A DNA stretch of 64,000 nucleotides from Mobula hypostoma (Eukaryota). Position 1 is the stretch's first letter. Each line of letters opens with the position of its first letter. Made by a program: the position numbers and the translations under genes. The DNA lies in the NCBI RefSeq assembly GCF_963921235.1, contig NC_086097.1, positions 110,114,001 to 110,178,000 on the forward strand, read 5' to 3'. Below are positions 22,584-36,479 of the stretch, one piece after another. The notes beneath the pieces are model-generated. The model saw only the letters and a program-made list of their open reading frames with translations, did no database searches and was not told the origin of the DNA.

Positions 22584-25170
22584 TTAGCTGCGTAACACTA
22601 AGGGGCAGAAAACGCTGGTGGGAGTTGTGTACAGGCCACCTAACAGTAGTAGTGAGGTCGGAGATGGTATTAAACAGGAAATTAGAAATGTGTGCAATAA
22701 AGGAACAGCAGTTATAATGGGTGACTTCAATCTACATGTAGATTGGGTGAACCAAATTGGTAAAGGTTCTGAGGAAGAGGATTTCTTGGAGTGTATGCGG
22801 GATGGTTTTTTGAACCAACATGTCGAGGAACCAACTAGAGAGCAGGCTATTCTGGACTGGGTTTTGAGCGATGAGGAAGGGTTAATTAGCGATCTTGTCG
22901 TGAGAGGCCCCTTGGGTAAGAGTGACCATAATATGGTGGAATTCTTCATTAAGATGGAGAGTGACATAGTTAATTCAGAAACAAAGGTTCTGAACTTAAA
23001 GAGGGGTAACTTTGAAGGTATGAGACGTGAATTAGCTAAGATAGACGGTGGATATGCAATGGCAAGCATTTAAAGGTTGCATGGATGAACTACAACAATT
23101 GTTTATCCCAGTTTGGCAAAAGAATAAATCAAGGAAGGTAGTGCACCCGTGGCTGACAAGAGAAATTAGGGATACTATCAATTCCAAAGAAGAAGCATAC
23201 ACATTAGCCAGAAAAAGTGGCTCACCTGAGGACTGGGAGAAATTCAGAGTTCAGCAGAGGAGGACAAAGGGCTTAATTAGGAAGGAGAAAAAAGATTATG
23301 AGAGAAAACTGGCAGGGAACATAAAAACGGACTGTAAAAGCTTTTATAGATATGTAAAAAGGAAACGACTGGTAAAGACAAATGTAGGTCCCCTGCAGAC
23401 AGAAACAGGTGAATTGATTATGGGGAGCAAGGACATGGCAGACCAATTGAATAATTACTTTGGTTCTGTCTTCACTAAGGAGGACATAAATAATCTTCCA
23501 GAAATAGTAGGGGACAGAGGGTCCAGTGAGATGGAGGAACTGAGCGAAATACATGTTAGTAGGGAAGTGGTGTTAGGTAAATTGAAGGGGTTGAAGGCAG
23601 ATAAATCCCCAGGGCCAGATGGTCTGCATCCTAGAGTGCTTAAGGAAGTAGCCCAAAGTGATAATTTTTCAAAACTCGTTAGATTCTGGACTAGTTCCTG
23701 AGGATTGGAGGGTGGCTAATGTAACCCCACTTTTTAAAAAAGGAGGGAGAGAGAAACCGGGAAATTATAGACTGGTTAGCCTAACGTCAGTGGTGGGGAA
23801 ACTGCTGGAGTCAGTTATCAAAGATGTGATAAAAGCACATTTGGAAAGCGGTGAACAAATCGGACAAAGTCAGCATGGATTTGTGAAAGGAAAATCATGT
23901 CTGACGAATCTCATAGAATTTTTTGAGGATGTAACTAGTAGAGTGGATAGGGGAGAACAAGTGGATGTGGTATATTTGGATTTTCAAAAGGCTTTTGACA
24001 AGGTCCCACACAGCAGATTAGTGTGCAAACTTAAAGTACACAGTATTGGGGGTAAGGTATTGGTGTGGGTGGAGAATTGGTTAGCAGACAGGAAGCAAAG
24101 TGTGGGAATAAACAGGACCTTTTCAGAATGGCAGGTGGTGACTAGTGGGGTACCGCAAGGCTCAGTGCTGGGACCACAGTTGTTTACAATATATATTAAT
24201 GACTTGGATGAGGGAATTAAATGCAGCATCTCCAAGTTTGCGGATGACACGAAGCTGGGTGGCAGTGTTAGCTGTGAGGAGGATGCTAAGAGGATGCACG
24301 GTGACTTGGATAGGTTGGGTGAGTGGGCAAATTCATGGCAGATGCAATTTAATGTGGATAAATGTGAAGTTATCCACTTTGGTGGCAAAAATAGGAAAAC
24401 AGATTATTATCTGAATGGTGGCCGATTAGGAAAAGGGGAGGTGCAACGAGACCTGGGTGTCATTATACACCAGTCATTGAAAGTGGGCATGCAGGTACAG
24501 CAGGCGGTGAAAAAGACGAATGGTATGCTGGCATTTATAGCGAGAGGATTCGAGTACAGGAGCAGGGAGGTACTACTGCAGTTGTACAAGGCCTTGGTGA
24601 GACCACACCTGGAGTATTGTGTGCAGTTTTGGTCCCCTAATCTGAGGAAAGACATCCTTGCCATAGAGGGAGTACAAAGAAGGTTCACCAGATTGATTCC
24701 TGGGTTGGCAGGACTTTCATATGAAGAAAGACTGGATGAACTGGGCTTGTACTCGTTGGAATTTAGAAGATTGAGGGGGAATCTGATTGAAACATATAAG
24801 ATCCTAAAGGGATTGGACAGGCTAGATGCAGGAAGATTGTTCCCGATGTTGGGGAAGTCCAGAACGAGGGGCCACAGTTTGAGGATAGAGGGGAAGCCTT
24901 TTAGGACCGAGATTAGGAAAAACTTCTTCACACAGAGAGTGGTGAATCTGTGGAATTCTCTGCCACAGGAAACAGTTGAGGCCAGTTCATTGGCTGTGTT
25001 TAAGAGGGAGTTAGATATGGCCCTTGTGGCTATGGGGGTCAGGGGGTATGGAGGGAAGGCTGGGGCGGGGTTCTGAGTTAGATGATCAGCCATGATCATA
25101 ATAAATGGCGGTGCAGGCTCGAAGGGCAGAATGGCCTACTCCTGCACCTATTTTCTATGTTTCTATGTAT
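22584..25170 (+). mobile_element. Young CR1 LINE, 5'-truncated within the endonuclease
   Basis: APE motifs GVVYRPPN, MGDFN, ILDWV, SDHN; RT motifs QHGFVKGKSC, YLDFQKAFDKVPH, GVPQGSVLGP, FADD; 8-bp tail repeat TTTCTATG. Confidence 0.95.
22585..25076 (+). pseudogene. CR1 ORF2 (APE endonuclease-reverse transcriptase) broken by two frameshifts
   Basis: Three consecutive ORFs (22618-23073, 23048-23701, 23658-25076) with frame changes at ~23047 and ~23657 that look like small deletions; the RT part is open for 472 aa. Confidence 0.9.
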
Positions 25171-25371
25171 GTGAGTGCCGAAGGTACGATTAGCAAGGTT
25201 AAGATGACACAGCAATTGGTCATTGTAGATAATAAAGATTTTCTAAGGCTACAGCAGAATATACAGCAGATCAGATGGAAAGGAGTTTTGATAGCTTTGA
25301 TGAGTGTAAGTGTGGCATTTTTGAAATGATATAGGAGAAGATATACACAGTAAGTGAGAGGACACTGGAGT

Positions 25372-25642
25372 TGGTGCCATAGTACAATATTATAGCTCGG
25401 GACATCGGATTTCAGAGTTCAATTCCAGCATCATCTGTGCGGTGTCTGTACATTCTTCCTTTAGAATGCATGGTACTCCAATATCCTCCCACAGTTGAAA
25501 GGTGTAATGGGAAGGGTAATTAGTCATTATAAATTGTTCTGTGATTGGGTTAGGATTAAATCGGGGCTACTGGGGGTTGCTGGTGCTGCGTGATTCGAAG
25601 GACCAGAAGGGGCTACTCTGCACTGTATTACTAAATAAATAG
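25372..25642 (+). mobile_element. tRNA-derived SINE, HE1-like (elasmobranch)
   Basis: B-box-like 'gagttcaattcc', V-SINE-like core 'cctcccacagttgaaagg..gggtaattagtcattataaattg', and 3' tail 'ctgtattactaaataaata'. A fragment also lies at ~47820-47950. Confidence 0.6.
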
Positions 25643-27627
25643 ATATGTTTTGATGAAAAGAATGGGCTTGGAATTCAAGTCCATAGTTCCCTGAAAATGT
25701 CAATGCAAGCAGATTGGGTGGTGACAAAGGCAACCCAGCGTGGATTGGGGCTGAGGACAAAAGAATAGAATATTTATCGAATCAAGGCAATATGCAGCTC
25801 AAAAATGGACCTTTACGACCCATCTCACTCATACCAACCTATCTACGGTAATGATTTTTGCCAGAAATAAGCCTCTATATTTCTACTTCTTACCTATTCA
25901 AGTGCCCGCCCAAAAGCATTTAAAAGATAGGTATTTTAATCTGGCTCCACCACCTCCTGCAGCAGCTCATTCTAGATAATTACCACCCTCTGTATGAAAA
26001 ATGTACCCTTCAATCTCTTAAATTTCTCCTCTCTTATCTTAAACCTGTGCCCTCTAGGACTCCCCTGCTGAATAAGCAATGCAGAATAACAAATTTCTTG
26101 TTAAGCTGCAACATTGCTTCAGAGCTCTTACACTCAATGCCTTGGTCTATGAAGGCAAATGTACCAAGTGCCTTCTTCAATACTGTATCCACCTATGTTG
26201 CCCCTAGCTCCCTTGGGCATCAGGCATGCCAACTTTCTGCAGATCCACTCATTATTCTTTTCAATCTGTTGTAAAATCTATGTCTCGAAGAATTTCCATT
26301 CACGTTTCTTTACATCCTTTTTCAGATCAGGCCCATCCACAAATGGTAGCAGGGAACAAGGTCCGAGGCCCAACCCAACCCAACACATCAAGGGGCCCGA
26401 TGAGTGGAGGCGGTCGGGGTTAAGATCTGACCTGACGTGAGGCCCAAGGCCTGAGCTTCCTTTGATGCCCCCACTTACCCGCTGGACCTTCTGACCTGTT
26501 TGAGAACATCAATTTACCTTTCAAGCCAGCTGAATCTACTCTAATTCTTCCGTGTCTGGCTTTAAGTGGTCACTTAGCTTCCAGTTCAGATGACTCCACC
26601 CCAGGACTGACCTGACATAGCCACTTACCTATGAAGTGTGGTAAGTGGGCTGAGCTGCAGGTGAGGCTGACACAACTCACTAGCATAACACTAGTTAAGG
26701 TCCAGGTCATCAAAAACGAAGTTAATGAACTAAGGGCAAGAATGATTTACCAAAGATAATTGAGGTTTGACTGTGTTATTCGTATTACCAAAAGATAGTT
26801 TTCACCAACTTCACCTGACTTTTCTATTCAAGACATAGATGGGTTGTATGGTGACTTCGGATGTACAAATAGAAACTGAAATGAAGGATTGAGTACAGAA
26901 AGTTATACAATACTGGTCTGAGGAAACAGATGAGCATCTTTGTAATTGCTTTGAGCTGGTAGTCTGATCCATGATCAAAGACCCAGCTGCCAGCCTAGAT
27001 GAGTATACCACCACCATCTTTGTCTTTATCAGCAAACATTGTTGAGGGCTATGTATCAAATAGGGCATACTATGGATGAACTGGGAGGTCCAGTACCTAG
27101 TGAAGTCTAGGTCTTCAACATTCAAATCAGGTGACCCCGACCTTCAGAAATTGAAATATGACGTCCAAGCTAAACTTTCTCTCTTAGATAACTCCCCGTT
27201 TTTCTATCTTCCTTGTGTCTAAGAGTTTTTAAGTGCCCCTAATGTATCCACGTCTACCACCACCCTGACAAGTTGACCACTATCTGTGTAAAAAAATTTA
27301 TCTCTGACATCTGCCCACTATACTTTCCATCAATCACTGTAAAATTAATTTCCCATCTATTAGCCATTTCTCACCTGGGAAAAAGCAATTTCCACCACAG
27401 CACAACTGGCAGGTGTGTTTACAGGAATTTTTAATCTCTCTCTCTCTCTCCCCCAGTGTAGAGTGCCCTCCTGCTTCAAGATTGTCCCTGCACCTAAAAA
27501 GACCAAGGTAACATGTCCAAATGGCTGGCGTCCTGTCGCACACACCTCAATAATAAGCAAATGCTTTGAGATGCTATTTAAGGACTACATCTGCCGCATG
27601 CTGCCACCCACACTGAACCCTCTACAA

Positions 27628-28458
27628 CAGCGGTCCCCAACCACCGGGCCGCAAAGTATGTGCTACCGGGCTGCAAGGAAACGATATGAGTCAGCTGCAC
27701 TTTTCCTCATTCCCTGTCACGCACTGTTGAACTTGAACATAGGGTTGCCAACTGTCCCATATTTGCCGGAACATCCCGTATATTGGGCTAAGTTGGTTTG
27801 TGTCCCATACGGGACTGCCCTTGTCCCATATTTCCCCTGCTAAGGTAGAGCGTTCCTATGAAACCTTTTGTGCCAAAATGGCGTGAAGAAAAGAAGCAAT
27901 TACCATTAACTTATATGGGAAAAATTTTTGAGCGTTCCCAGACCAAAAAAAACCTACCAAATCATACCAAATAACACATAAAACCTAAAATAACTCTAAT
28001 ATATAGTAAAAGCAGCAATAAATACACAGCCTATATAAAGTAGGAATAATGTATGTACAGTGTAGTCGGGAAGGTTAAGCCAAAACTGATTTGTGGAAAA
28101 AAAAATCGGCACATATGCACACTTCACGCACGCGCACACAGGTGCCCACGAAAGGCTTCATGGTCATGGTAATCTTTCTCGGGGTAAACACAAGTGTCCC
28201 GTCAACACACACAAAAAATGCTGGTGGAACGCAGCAGGCCAGGTAGCATCTGTAGGAAGAGGTATAGTCGACGTTTTGGGCCGGGACCCTTCGTCAGGAT
28301 TTGACTGCTACTTTTGTCCCTTATTTGGGAGTGAGAAAGTTGGCAACCCTAACTGTAAAAGACATGTTGAAGTGAGTTTAACCCTACTTGAACAACAGCC
28401 CCCCCCCCCTCCGCCCCGGTTGGCCGGTCCGTGGTGCAAAAAAGGTTAGGGACCCCTG
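27628..28458. mobile_element. hAT (Charlie-like) composite MITE, 831 bp
   Basis: TIRs CAGCGGTCCCCAACC / GGTTAGGGACCCCTG and a perfect 8-bp TSD CTCTACAA (27620-27627, 28459-28466). Confidence 0.92.
27740..28351. mobile_element. Inner Blackjack-like hAT MITE
   Basis: 14-bp TIRs TAGGGTTGCCAACT / AGTTGGCAACCCTA. Subterminal regions match both ends of the transposase-bearing element at 49907-53036. Contains a ~97-bp Penelope pseudo-LTR piece at ~28203-28299. Confidence 0.85.
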
Positions 28459-29659
28459 CTCTACAATTCGCTTACCGACAAAACTGATGGACATATGATA
28501 CAATTGCCACACACTACACACTGTCCTTACACATCTGGAGAAGAAGGATGCTTATGTGAGAATGCTGTCCTTGGACTACAGTTCAGCATTCAACAGCATA
28601 ATTCCCTCTCGGCTTGACAAGAAGCTCAAAGACCTTGGCCTTCACCCTGCCTTTTGTAGCTGATCCTGGACTTCCGATCGACAACAGGTGGTAAGAGTGG
28701 GCTTCCTCACCTCTGCCCCTCTGACTCTCAACACAGGTGTCCCTCGGGGCTGAGTCCTAAGCCCCCTCCTTTACTGTCTGTATACCCATGACTGTATCGC
28801 CACCCACAGCTCCAATCTGCTAATTAAATTTGCTGATGATACAACATTGATTAGCCTTATCTCAAATAATAATGAGGCAACCTACAGAGAAGAAGTCATC
28901 ACCCTGACATAATGGTGTCAAGAAAACAACCTCTCCCTCAATGTCGCAAAAACAAAGGAGCTGGTTGTGGACTTCAGGAGGAATGGAGACAGACTAACCC
29001 CTATTGACATCAATGAGAGGGTGAACAGCTTTAAGTTCCTTGACATATGCACCAGTGAGGATCTCACGTGGTCTGTACATACCGGCTCTGTGATGAAAAA
29101 GCATAACATTACCTTTTTCACCTTAGATGGTTGAAGAAGTTTGATATGGGTCCCCAAATCCTAAGGACTTTCTACAGGGGCACAACTGAGAGCATCCTGA
29201 CTGGCTGCATCACTGTCTAGTATGGGAACTGTATTTCCCTCAGTCGCAGGACTCTGCAAAGAGTGGTGCAGACAGCTCAGCACATCTGTAAAGGTGAATA
29301 TCCCACTATTCAGGACATTTAGAGAGGCAGGTGAATAAAAAGGGCCTGAAAGATTATTGAGGACCGGAGTCACCCCAACCACAAACTGCTTCAGCTGCTC
29401 CCATCTGAGAAATGGTACCACAGAATAAAAGTCAGGACCAACAGGCTCCGGGACAGCTTCTTCCACCAGGCCTCCAGAGTGATAAATTCACACTGATACA
29501 ATTGTATTTCTATGCTATATTGACTATCCTGTTGTACATACTATTTATTACAAATTACTGTAAATTGCACATTGCACATTTAGACAGAGACGTAATGTAA
29601 AGATTTTTACTCCTCATGTATATGAAGGATGTAAGTAATAAAGTCAACTCAATTCATTT

Positions 29660-31400
29660 CAAGTCTCTGGATATCCACTTGATCGATGCCCCTTACTATC
29701 TTGTACACCTCTCAAAATCCTTCACTCCAAAGAGAAAAACCCTAGTACACTGAGCTTATCTTCATAACCCATACACTCCAGTTCAGGCAGCATCCTAGTA
29801 AATCTCCTCTGCACCCTCTCTAACGCTTCCACATGCTTCCTATAATGAGGTAATCAGAATTAACACAATATTCCACGTGTGGTCTAACCAGGAATTTATA
29901 GAGCTGCAATATTACCTCACAGCTCTTAAACTCAATCCCCCGATTAGTAAAGGCCAACACACCATACACCTTCTTAACAATCCTGTCAATCTGCACAGCA
30001 ACTTTAAGGAAACTATGAACATGGGCCCCAAGATCCCTCTGTTCCACCACAGTGCCAAGAATCCTACCATTAACCCTGTAATTTGCCTTCCAAAATGAAT
30101 CACTTCACACTTATAGATTTATAAAAAAGTGTAGCACAAAAACAGGTCCTTCAGCCCATCTAGTCTGTGCCAAAACATTTATACTGCCTACTGTCATCGA
30201 CCAGATTGAATTCCTTTTATAACTTCTCAGCCCAGTTCCTCATCCAGTCAATATCCCATTGTAACCTATGACAATCCTCCACACTATTTACAACTTCACC
30301 AACCTTCATGTCATTTGCAAACTTACTAACTCACCCTTCCACCTAATCATCCAAGTCAGATTCCAGAACAGATCACTGATGAACTCAACTAGTCACGACC
30401 TCCAGTCAAAATACACTACATCTGCTACAAACCTCTACTTTCCATAGGCAATCCAATTCTATATCCTCTCAGCCAACCTTCCCTGGAACCCGTGTCTCCT
30501 AACTTTCTGGGCTACCTTATCTAACGCCTTATTAAAATTCATATACACTACATCCTCTCCTCTACATTTATCAATGTGCTTTGTCTCATCATCAAAAGAA
30601 TTCAATCAGGTTTATGAGGTATGACCTACCTCTCACACAACCATGCTGACTAACCCTAATCAGACTATGCTTTTTCCAAACACCCTTAAATCCTGTCCCT
30701 AAAGATCTTCTCCAATAGTTCTCCCACCACTGAAGTAAAACTCACTAGTCTTTTCTTCCTAGCGCTATCCCTACTCCCTTACTTAAACAAAGAAATAACA
30801 TTTGCCATCCTCCAATCTTCTGGTTCTATTCCAGCAAGGACACAAAAATCATCACCAAAGTTGCAGTAATTTCTTCCCTTACTTCCCATAGTAACCTGGG
30901 GTATATCTCGTCTGGCCTTGGGGACTTACCTATCCTAATGTTTTCAAAAATTACAGCACGCTGTCTTTCTTAACATCCACATACTTAAATCAGCCCATTT
31001 TACGCTGTTCTCAGAAATTTTCAAGGTCCCTCTCACTGGTAAATACTGAAGCAAAGTATTCCTTTAGGAACTCCCCTGCATCCTCCAACTCCAGGCACAT
31101 GTTTCCTCTACTATCCCTGATCGGTCCTACCCTCACTCTGGCTGTCCTCCTGTTCTTCACGTACATGTAGAATGTATCAGAGTTTTCCTTAATCTTACTC
31201 ACCAAGGCCTTCTCATGCTCACTTCAAGCTCTCCTAAGTTCATTCTTAAGCTCCTTCCTGGCTATCTTGTAAGACTCTAGAGCCCTGTCTGATCCTTGTT
31301 TCCTAAAACTTAAATAAGCTCCTTTCTTCCTCTTTACTGGATGTTCCACATCTCTTGTCCTTTACACTATCATCCTCTCCATGCTTCAATGACACGAACC
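29660..31400 (-). mobile_element. Older CR1 ORF2 fragment
   Basis: Peptides VEQRDLGAHVH, LYKFLVRPHVEY and FLKEYFASVFT; many stops; small CR1 3' insert at ~30110-30205. Confidence 0.85.
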
Positions 31401-31409
31401 TATCCAGGC

Positions 31410-32520
31410 CACTGTTATCCTGGTACCTAATAGAAACAAGATTACAAGCCTTAATGAACACCAGCCAGTGGCACTGACATCCACCATCATAAAGTGCTTT
31501 AAGAGTGGTCATGTCATGTGTTAACTTCAGCCTTCTAGACTACCTTGAGCCATTGTGATTTTCCTACCACTAAAATAGGTAGCATCTCCCTGGCCCTATG
31601 CTCATCTCCAGAGAATCTAGACAGTAAGGACACTAAGGATGTTGTTTATTGACAGCAGCTCTGCCTTCAATATAATTCCAAGCAAACTCATCGCCAAGCT
31701 CCTAGTGCTGGGATACAATGCCTCCCTCTGCAAATGGAAGTTCAGGTTCATGACTAATAGACATCAGTCAATAGGATAGACAGCAATTCCTCTCACCCTC
31801 CTATTCTAAACCCTGCACACTCATGATTGCGTAGTGTGGCTCTGTATATGCTGAGCTAGAAGCTGTCCTTGAACCTGGTGATACAAAAATATTTTTTTAT
31901 TTCTTTTGCCTCCTGGGAGAGTGGTGAAGAGAGAGTGTCCAGGGAATGTGGGGTCTTTGGTTATGCTTTACTGAGACAGTGTGAAGTACAGACCAAGTCC
32001 GTAGAGGGGAGGCTGGTTTCCATGATGTGCTGAGCTGCATCTATAAATCTCAGCCGTGTCGTGTGCTCATGGGCAGAACAGTGCAGAACCATACCAAATC
32101 ATTGTGCATCTGGTCAGGATGCTTTCTATGGTGAATCAATTAACAATGCAAGGGTGACAGGGACATGACAAATTTCATTAACCTCCTGAAGAAGCAGAGA
32201 CATTGATGAGCAAGACAGACTATTGGTAATGTTCACAGCTGTACACCATCTCCCTTCCTGAAGTTAATGAGCAGCTCTTTTGTTTTGTTGACTTTGGGGT
32301 AAAAGTTGATGACATGACACCGTGCTACTAATCTCTCTATCTCCTTCCTGAACTTGACTCATTGCTACTTGAGATAAGACCCACTATCCACATGGTCTGC
32401 CAACTTGTAGATGGAGTTCAAGCAGAATCTGACCATACAATCATGAGGGAATAGAATAGGATGCTGTGGACATAACCTTGTAGAGCACTAGTGTTTAGAA
32501 TAACCGTGGCAGAGGTGTTG
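31410..32520. mobile_element. Degraded Rex1/Babar fragments (+ strand, then - strand)
   Basis: + strand 'ccagtggcactgacatccaccatcataaagtgcttt' (PVALTSTIIKCF); minus-strand RT-like sequence at ~31850-32520. Confidence 0.6.
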
Positions 32521-33159
32521 CTGACTTTTTCTAATCAGATAATTATTTCTATGTGGTATATTCACATAGACAGTATTCACAACTGATTAAAAATGGATTC
32601 CAGCATTTTGCTAATAACTGGTATCAAGCTAGCTTGTCTGTAGCTCCCAACTATGACTTGCTTTATGTGAATAGCAATGTAAAATATCCCTTTTTCCAAA
32701 CTTGAAGCTAGGTATTTCTGGAAGGTCCAAACCGAATCACTAGCCATCCCTTGAACCAGCTCTTTTATGATCTTAAATGTTCTTTCTGATTTAATCATTT
32801 ACTCTTTTACCTAATCTAAATCTAGTCTTCATCATTGTTATTCCCAGAATCTTGATAAACCACTATTCACTTTGCTAATAGAATTGAATATTCACAAAAT
32901 TCAACACTGTTTTCTTAAAGCTCTCCTTCTTTGAACTGTGAAGTAATAATTCCCTGACTTTGCCATGTCTGGTTGCTCCTTTCCTGTTCACTATGATTGT
33001 GCCATACTCTAAGAAGTCAATCTTTTCAGAATCCATGATTTCATTAATAAGAGTTTAATTGTTAGAATTATAGAAGAAATACTGTCTTTGCTGAGTAGCT
33101 GATGTTGACCCTTTGTTTATTTCCTTGGAATTCATCTTTTTAATTCCATATTCTGCAGG

Positions 33160-34050
33160 ATTATTGATAGCAGGACTTTAGTGGACAGCAAGGAAGACTA
33201 TCATGCCTTGCAGTGGGATCTGGACAAGTTGGAAAAATGGACCAAAAATGGCAGATGGAAGTTAATACAGACAAGTGCAAGGTGTTGCATTTCAGTAGGA
33301 CCAACCAGGGTAAGCTTACACAATGAATGGTAGGGAACTGAGGAGTGTAGTAGAACAAAGGGATCTGTTTATACAGGTCCATAATTCATTGAAAGTGGTG
33401 TCACTGGTTGATAGGGTCATAAAGAAAGCTTTTGGCACATTGGCTTTCATAAATCAAAGTATTGAGTACAGGAGATGAGATGTTATGTTGAAGTATAAGG
33501 CAATGGTGAGGCCTAATTTGGAGTATTGTTCGCAGTTTTGGTCACCTACCTGCAGGAAAGATGTAAGATTGAAGGAAGAAAGAGAACATTTACAAGAATG
33601 TTGCCAGGTCTGGATGACTGAGTTATATGGAAAGATTGAATAGGTTAGGACTTTATTCTTTGGAATGTAGAAGACTGAAAGGAGATTTGATAGAGGTATA
33701 CAAAATTATGAGAGGTATAGATAGGGTAAATGCAAGTAGGCCTTTTCCACTGAAGTTGGATGGGACTAGAACTAATGGTCATGGGTTAAAGGTGAAAGGT
33801 GAAAAGTCTAAGGGAAAAAGGAGGGGAAACTTTTTCACTCAGAAGGTTGTGAGAGTGTGGAATGAGCTGCCAGTACAAGTGGTGCATGTGAGTTTGATTT
33901 CAACATTTAACAGAAGTTGGATAGGTACATGGATGGTAGGGGTATGGAGGGGTATAGTCCTCATGCATGGGGTTGGAAGTTTAAATGGCTTATCATGGAC
34001 TAGATGAGCCAAGGGGCCTGTTTCTATGCTGCACTTTCTGTGATTCTATG
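33160..34050 (+). mobile_element. CR1 RT C-terminus and 3' end
   Basis: Peptides LGLYSLECRRLKGDLIEVYK and FFTQKVVRVWNELP; tail 'ttctgtgattctatg'. Confidence 0.85.
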
Positions 34051-34164
34051 AGAGAGCTATATATGGCTTCAACATTAAGAGCTCATTGTAACTTCTCATG
34101 TGTTGCTGAACATGATCAGAATTGGGTGTTAGTATTTAGCCAGTATACCACACTTTTTGAGTCC

Positions 34165-36280
34165 ATAAGACAATAAGACGTAGGAGCAGAATTAAGCCAT
34201 TTGGCCCATTGAGTCTGCTCCACTGTTCAATCGTGGCTGATCCATTTTTTTTGCCCCTCCTCAGCCCCACTCTCCGGCCTTCTCCCCATAACCTTTGATG
34301 CCGTGTCCAATCCAGAACCTATCAAATTCTGCCTTAAAGAGACCCAATGACCTTTCCTCCACAGTTACCTGTGGTAGTAAATTCCACAAGTTCACCACCC
34401 TCTGGCTAAAGAAATTTCTCTGCATCTCTATTTTGAATGGACGCCTCTCCATCCTGAGGCTGTGCCCTCTTGTCCTAGACTCCCTCACCATGGGAAACAT
34501 CCTTTCCACATCTACTCTGTCTTGACCTTTCAACATTCAAAACATTTCAATGAGATCCCCCTTCATCCTTCTAAATTCCAGTGAGTACAGGGTGAGCACA
34601 GACCCAGGGCTATCAAACGTTCCTTGTATAATAACCCTTTCATTCCTAGAATCATCCTTGTGAACCTCTTCTTAACCCTCTCCAATGTCAGCACATCTTT
34701 TCTTAGATGAGGAGCTCAAAACTGTTCACAATACTCAAGGTGAGTCTTCACCTGTGCCTTATAAAGCCTCCGCGTCACATCCCTGCTCTTGTATTCTAGA
34801 CTTCTTGAAAAGAAAGCTAGCTAACATTGCATTTGCCTTCCTCACCACCAACTCTACCTGCAAGTTAACCTTTAGGGTCTTCTGCACATGGACTCTCAAG
34901 TCCCTTTGCATCTCAGGTTTCTGGATTTTCTCTCCATTTAGAAAATAGTCTGCACATTTATTTCTTCTACCAAAGTGTATAACCATGCATTTTCCAATGT
35001 TGAATTTCATTTGTCACTTTCTTGCCCATCCTCCTAATCTGTCTAAGTCCTTCTGCAACCTACTTGCTTCCTCCACATTACCTGCCCCTCCACCAATCTT
35101 CGTATCATCTGCAAACCTGGTAACAAAGCCATCTATTCCATCATCTAAATCATTGATATACAGCATAAAAAGAAGTGGTCTCAACAATGACCCCTGCGGA
35201 ACACCACTAGTCACTGGCAGCCAACCAGAAGAGAACTCTTTTATTCCCACTGCCTCACTGCCTCCTAATAATCAGCAAATGCTCTAAACATGCCAGTAAT
35301 TTTCCTACAATAACATGGGCTGTTAACTTGGTAGCAGCCTCATTTGTGACACCTTGTCAAAGGCCTTCTGAAAGTCTAAATATACAACATCCACTACAGC
35401 CCCTTTATCTATCCTACTTATAATCTCCTCAAAAAATTCCAACAGATTCGTCAGGCAGGATTTTCCCTTAAGGAAGCCATGCTGACTTTGCACTATTTTG
35501 TCCTGCGTCACCAAGTGCTCTATCACCTCCTCCTTAACAATTGACTCCAACATCTTCCTAACCACTGACATCAGGCTAACTGGTCTATAATTTCCCTTCT
35601 GCTGCCTTCCCCCTTTCTTAAAGAGTGGAGTAACATTTGCAATTTTCCAGTCCTCCAGAACCATGCCAGAGTCCAATGATTTTTTGAAAGATCATTACTA
35701 ATGCATTCACAATCTCTACAGCTATCTCTTTCAGAACCCTACAGTGCAGTTCAGCTGGCCCAGGTGACTTATGTACCCTTAGGTCTTTCACTTTTTGAGC
35801 ACCTTCTCCCTTGTAATAATAACTGCACTCACTTCTCTTCCCTCACACCCTTCCACAGCAAAGACTGATGCAAAATACTCTATTAGTTCACCTGCCATCT
35901 CCTAATGCCCTGTCATGATTTCTCCTGCCTCATTTTCTAGCGGTCCTATGTCCATTCTCATCCTCCTATCATTTTTTACATACTTGAAAAAACTTTTACT
36001 ATCCACTTTAATATTGTTTGCTAGCTCGCTTTCATATTTCTCCTTTTCCCTTCTAATGACTCTTTTAGGTGCTCTCTGTAGGTGTTTAAAAGCTTCCCAA
36101 TCATCCGTCTTCCCACTAATTTTTGCTTTGTTGTACGCCCTCTCTTTTGGTTTTACATTAGCTTTGACTTCCCTTGTCAACCATAGTTCTACTATTTTGC
36201 CATTTGAGTATTTCTTCAATTTTCGAATACATCTATCCTGCGCCTTCCTCATTTTCCCTGGAAACTCATGCCATTGCTGT
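34165..36280 (-). mobile_element. CR1 LINE ORF2 fragment to 3' end
   Basis: Peptides NYRPVSLMS, QHGFLKGKSC, YLDFQKAFDK, GVPQGSLL, FADDTK and FFSQRVVNLWN, spread over several frames. Confidence 0.9.
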
Positions 36281-36479
36281 CAGAAGGCTGGGGTGTATTG
36301 CTGATGAAAGGCACATTCATTTATGTAAATTGAATAGAAGCCCAAACCCAAACTGAAACCACTTCCTGAGCCACAGGTGAAACCTGACATAGCGTTACAC
36401 CAGGTCTCTGATTCTGGCCACTGCATTGCCGCTTCCATGTCAATGTCAGCAATCAGTAAAATGGAGATAATTTCCTTCT

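Larger units (their letters stand above)
19380..25790 (+). mobile_element. Old CR1 RT region split by several younger nested insertions
   Basis: Collinear decayed RT pieces at 19380-19543, 20074-20218, 20833-21011 (..IYINDL) and 25171 onward (VSAEGTISK..DDT). Confidence 0.65.
27390..29655 (+). mobile_element. Rex1/Babar LINE RT region, interrupted by a hAT MITE
   Basis: Peptides IFNLSL..VPSCFK, WRPVA, LPPTLNPLQ|FAYRQN, LDYSSAFN and KFADDT; 3' tail at ~29620-29655. Confidence 0.88.

Noticed and set aside
23984..25099. Antisense ORFs of 134 and 230 aa
   Set aside because: Shadows of the CR1 RT on the opposite strand; similar shadows occur over other LINE copies (e.g. 16048-16680).
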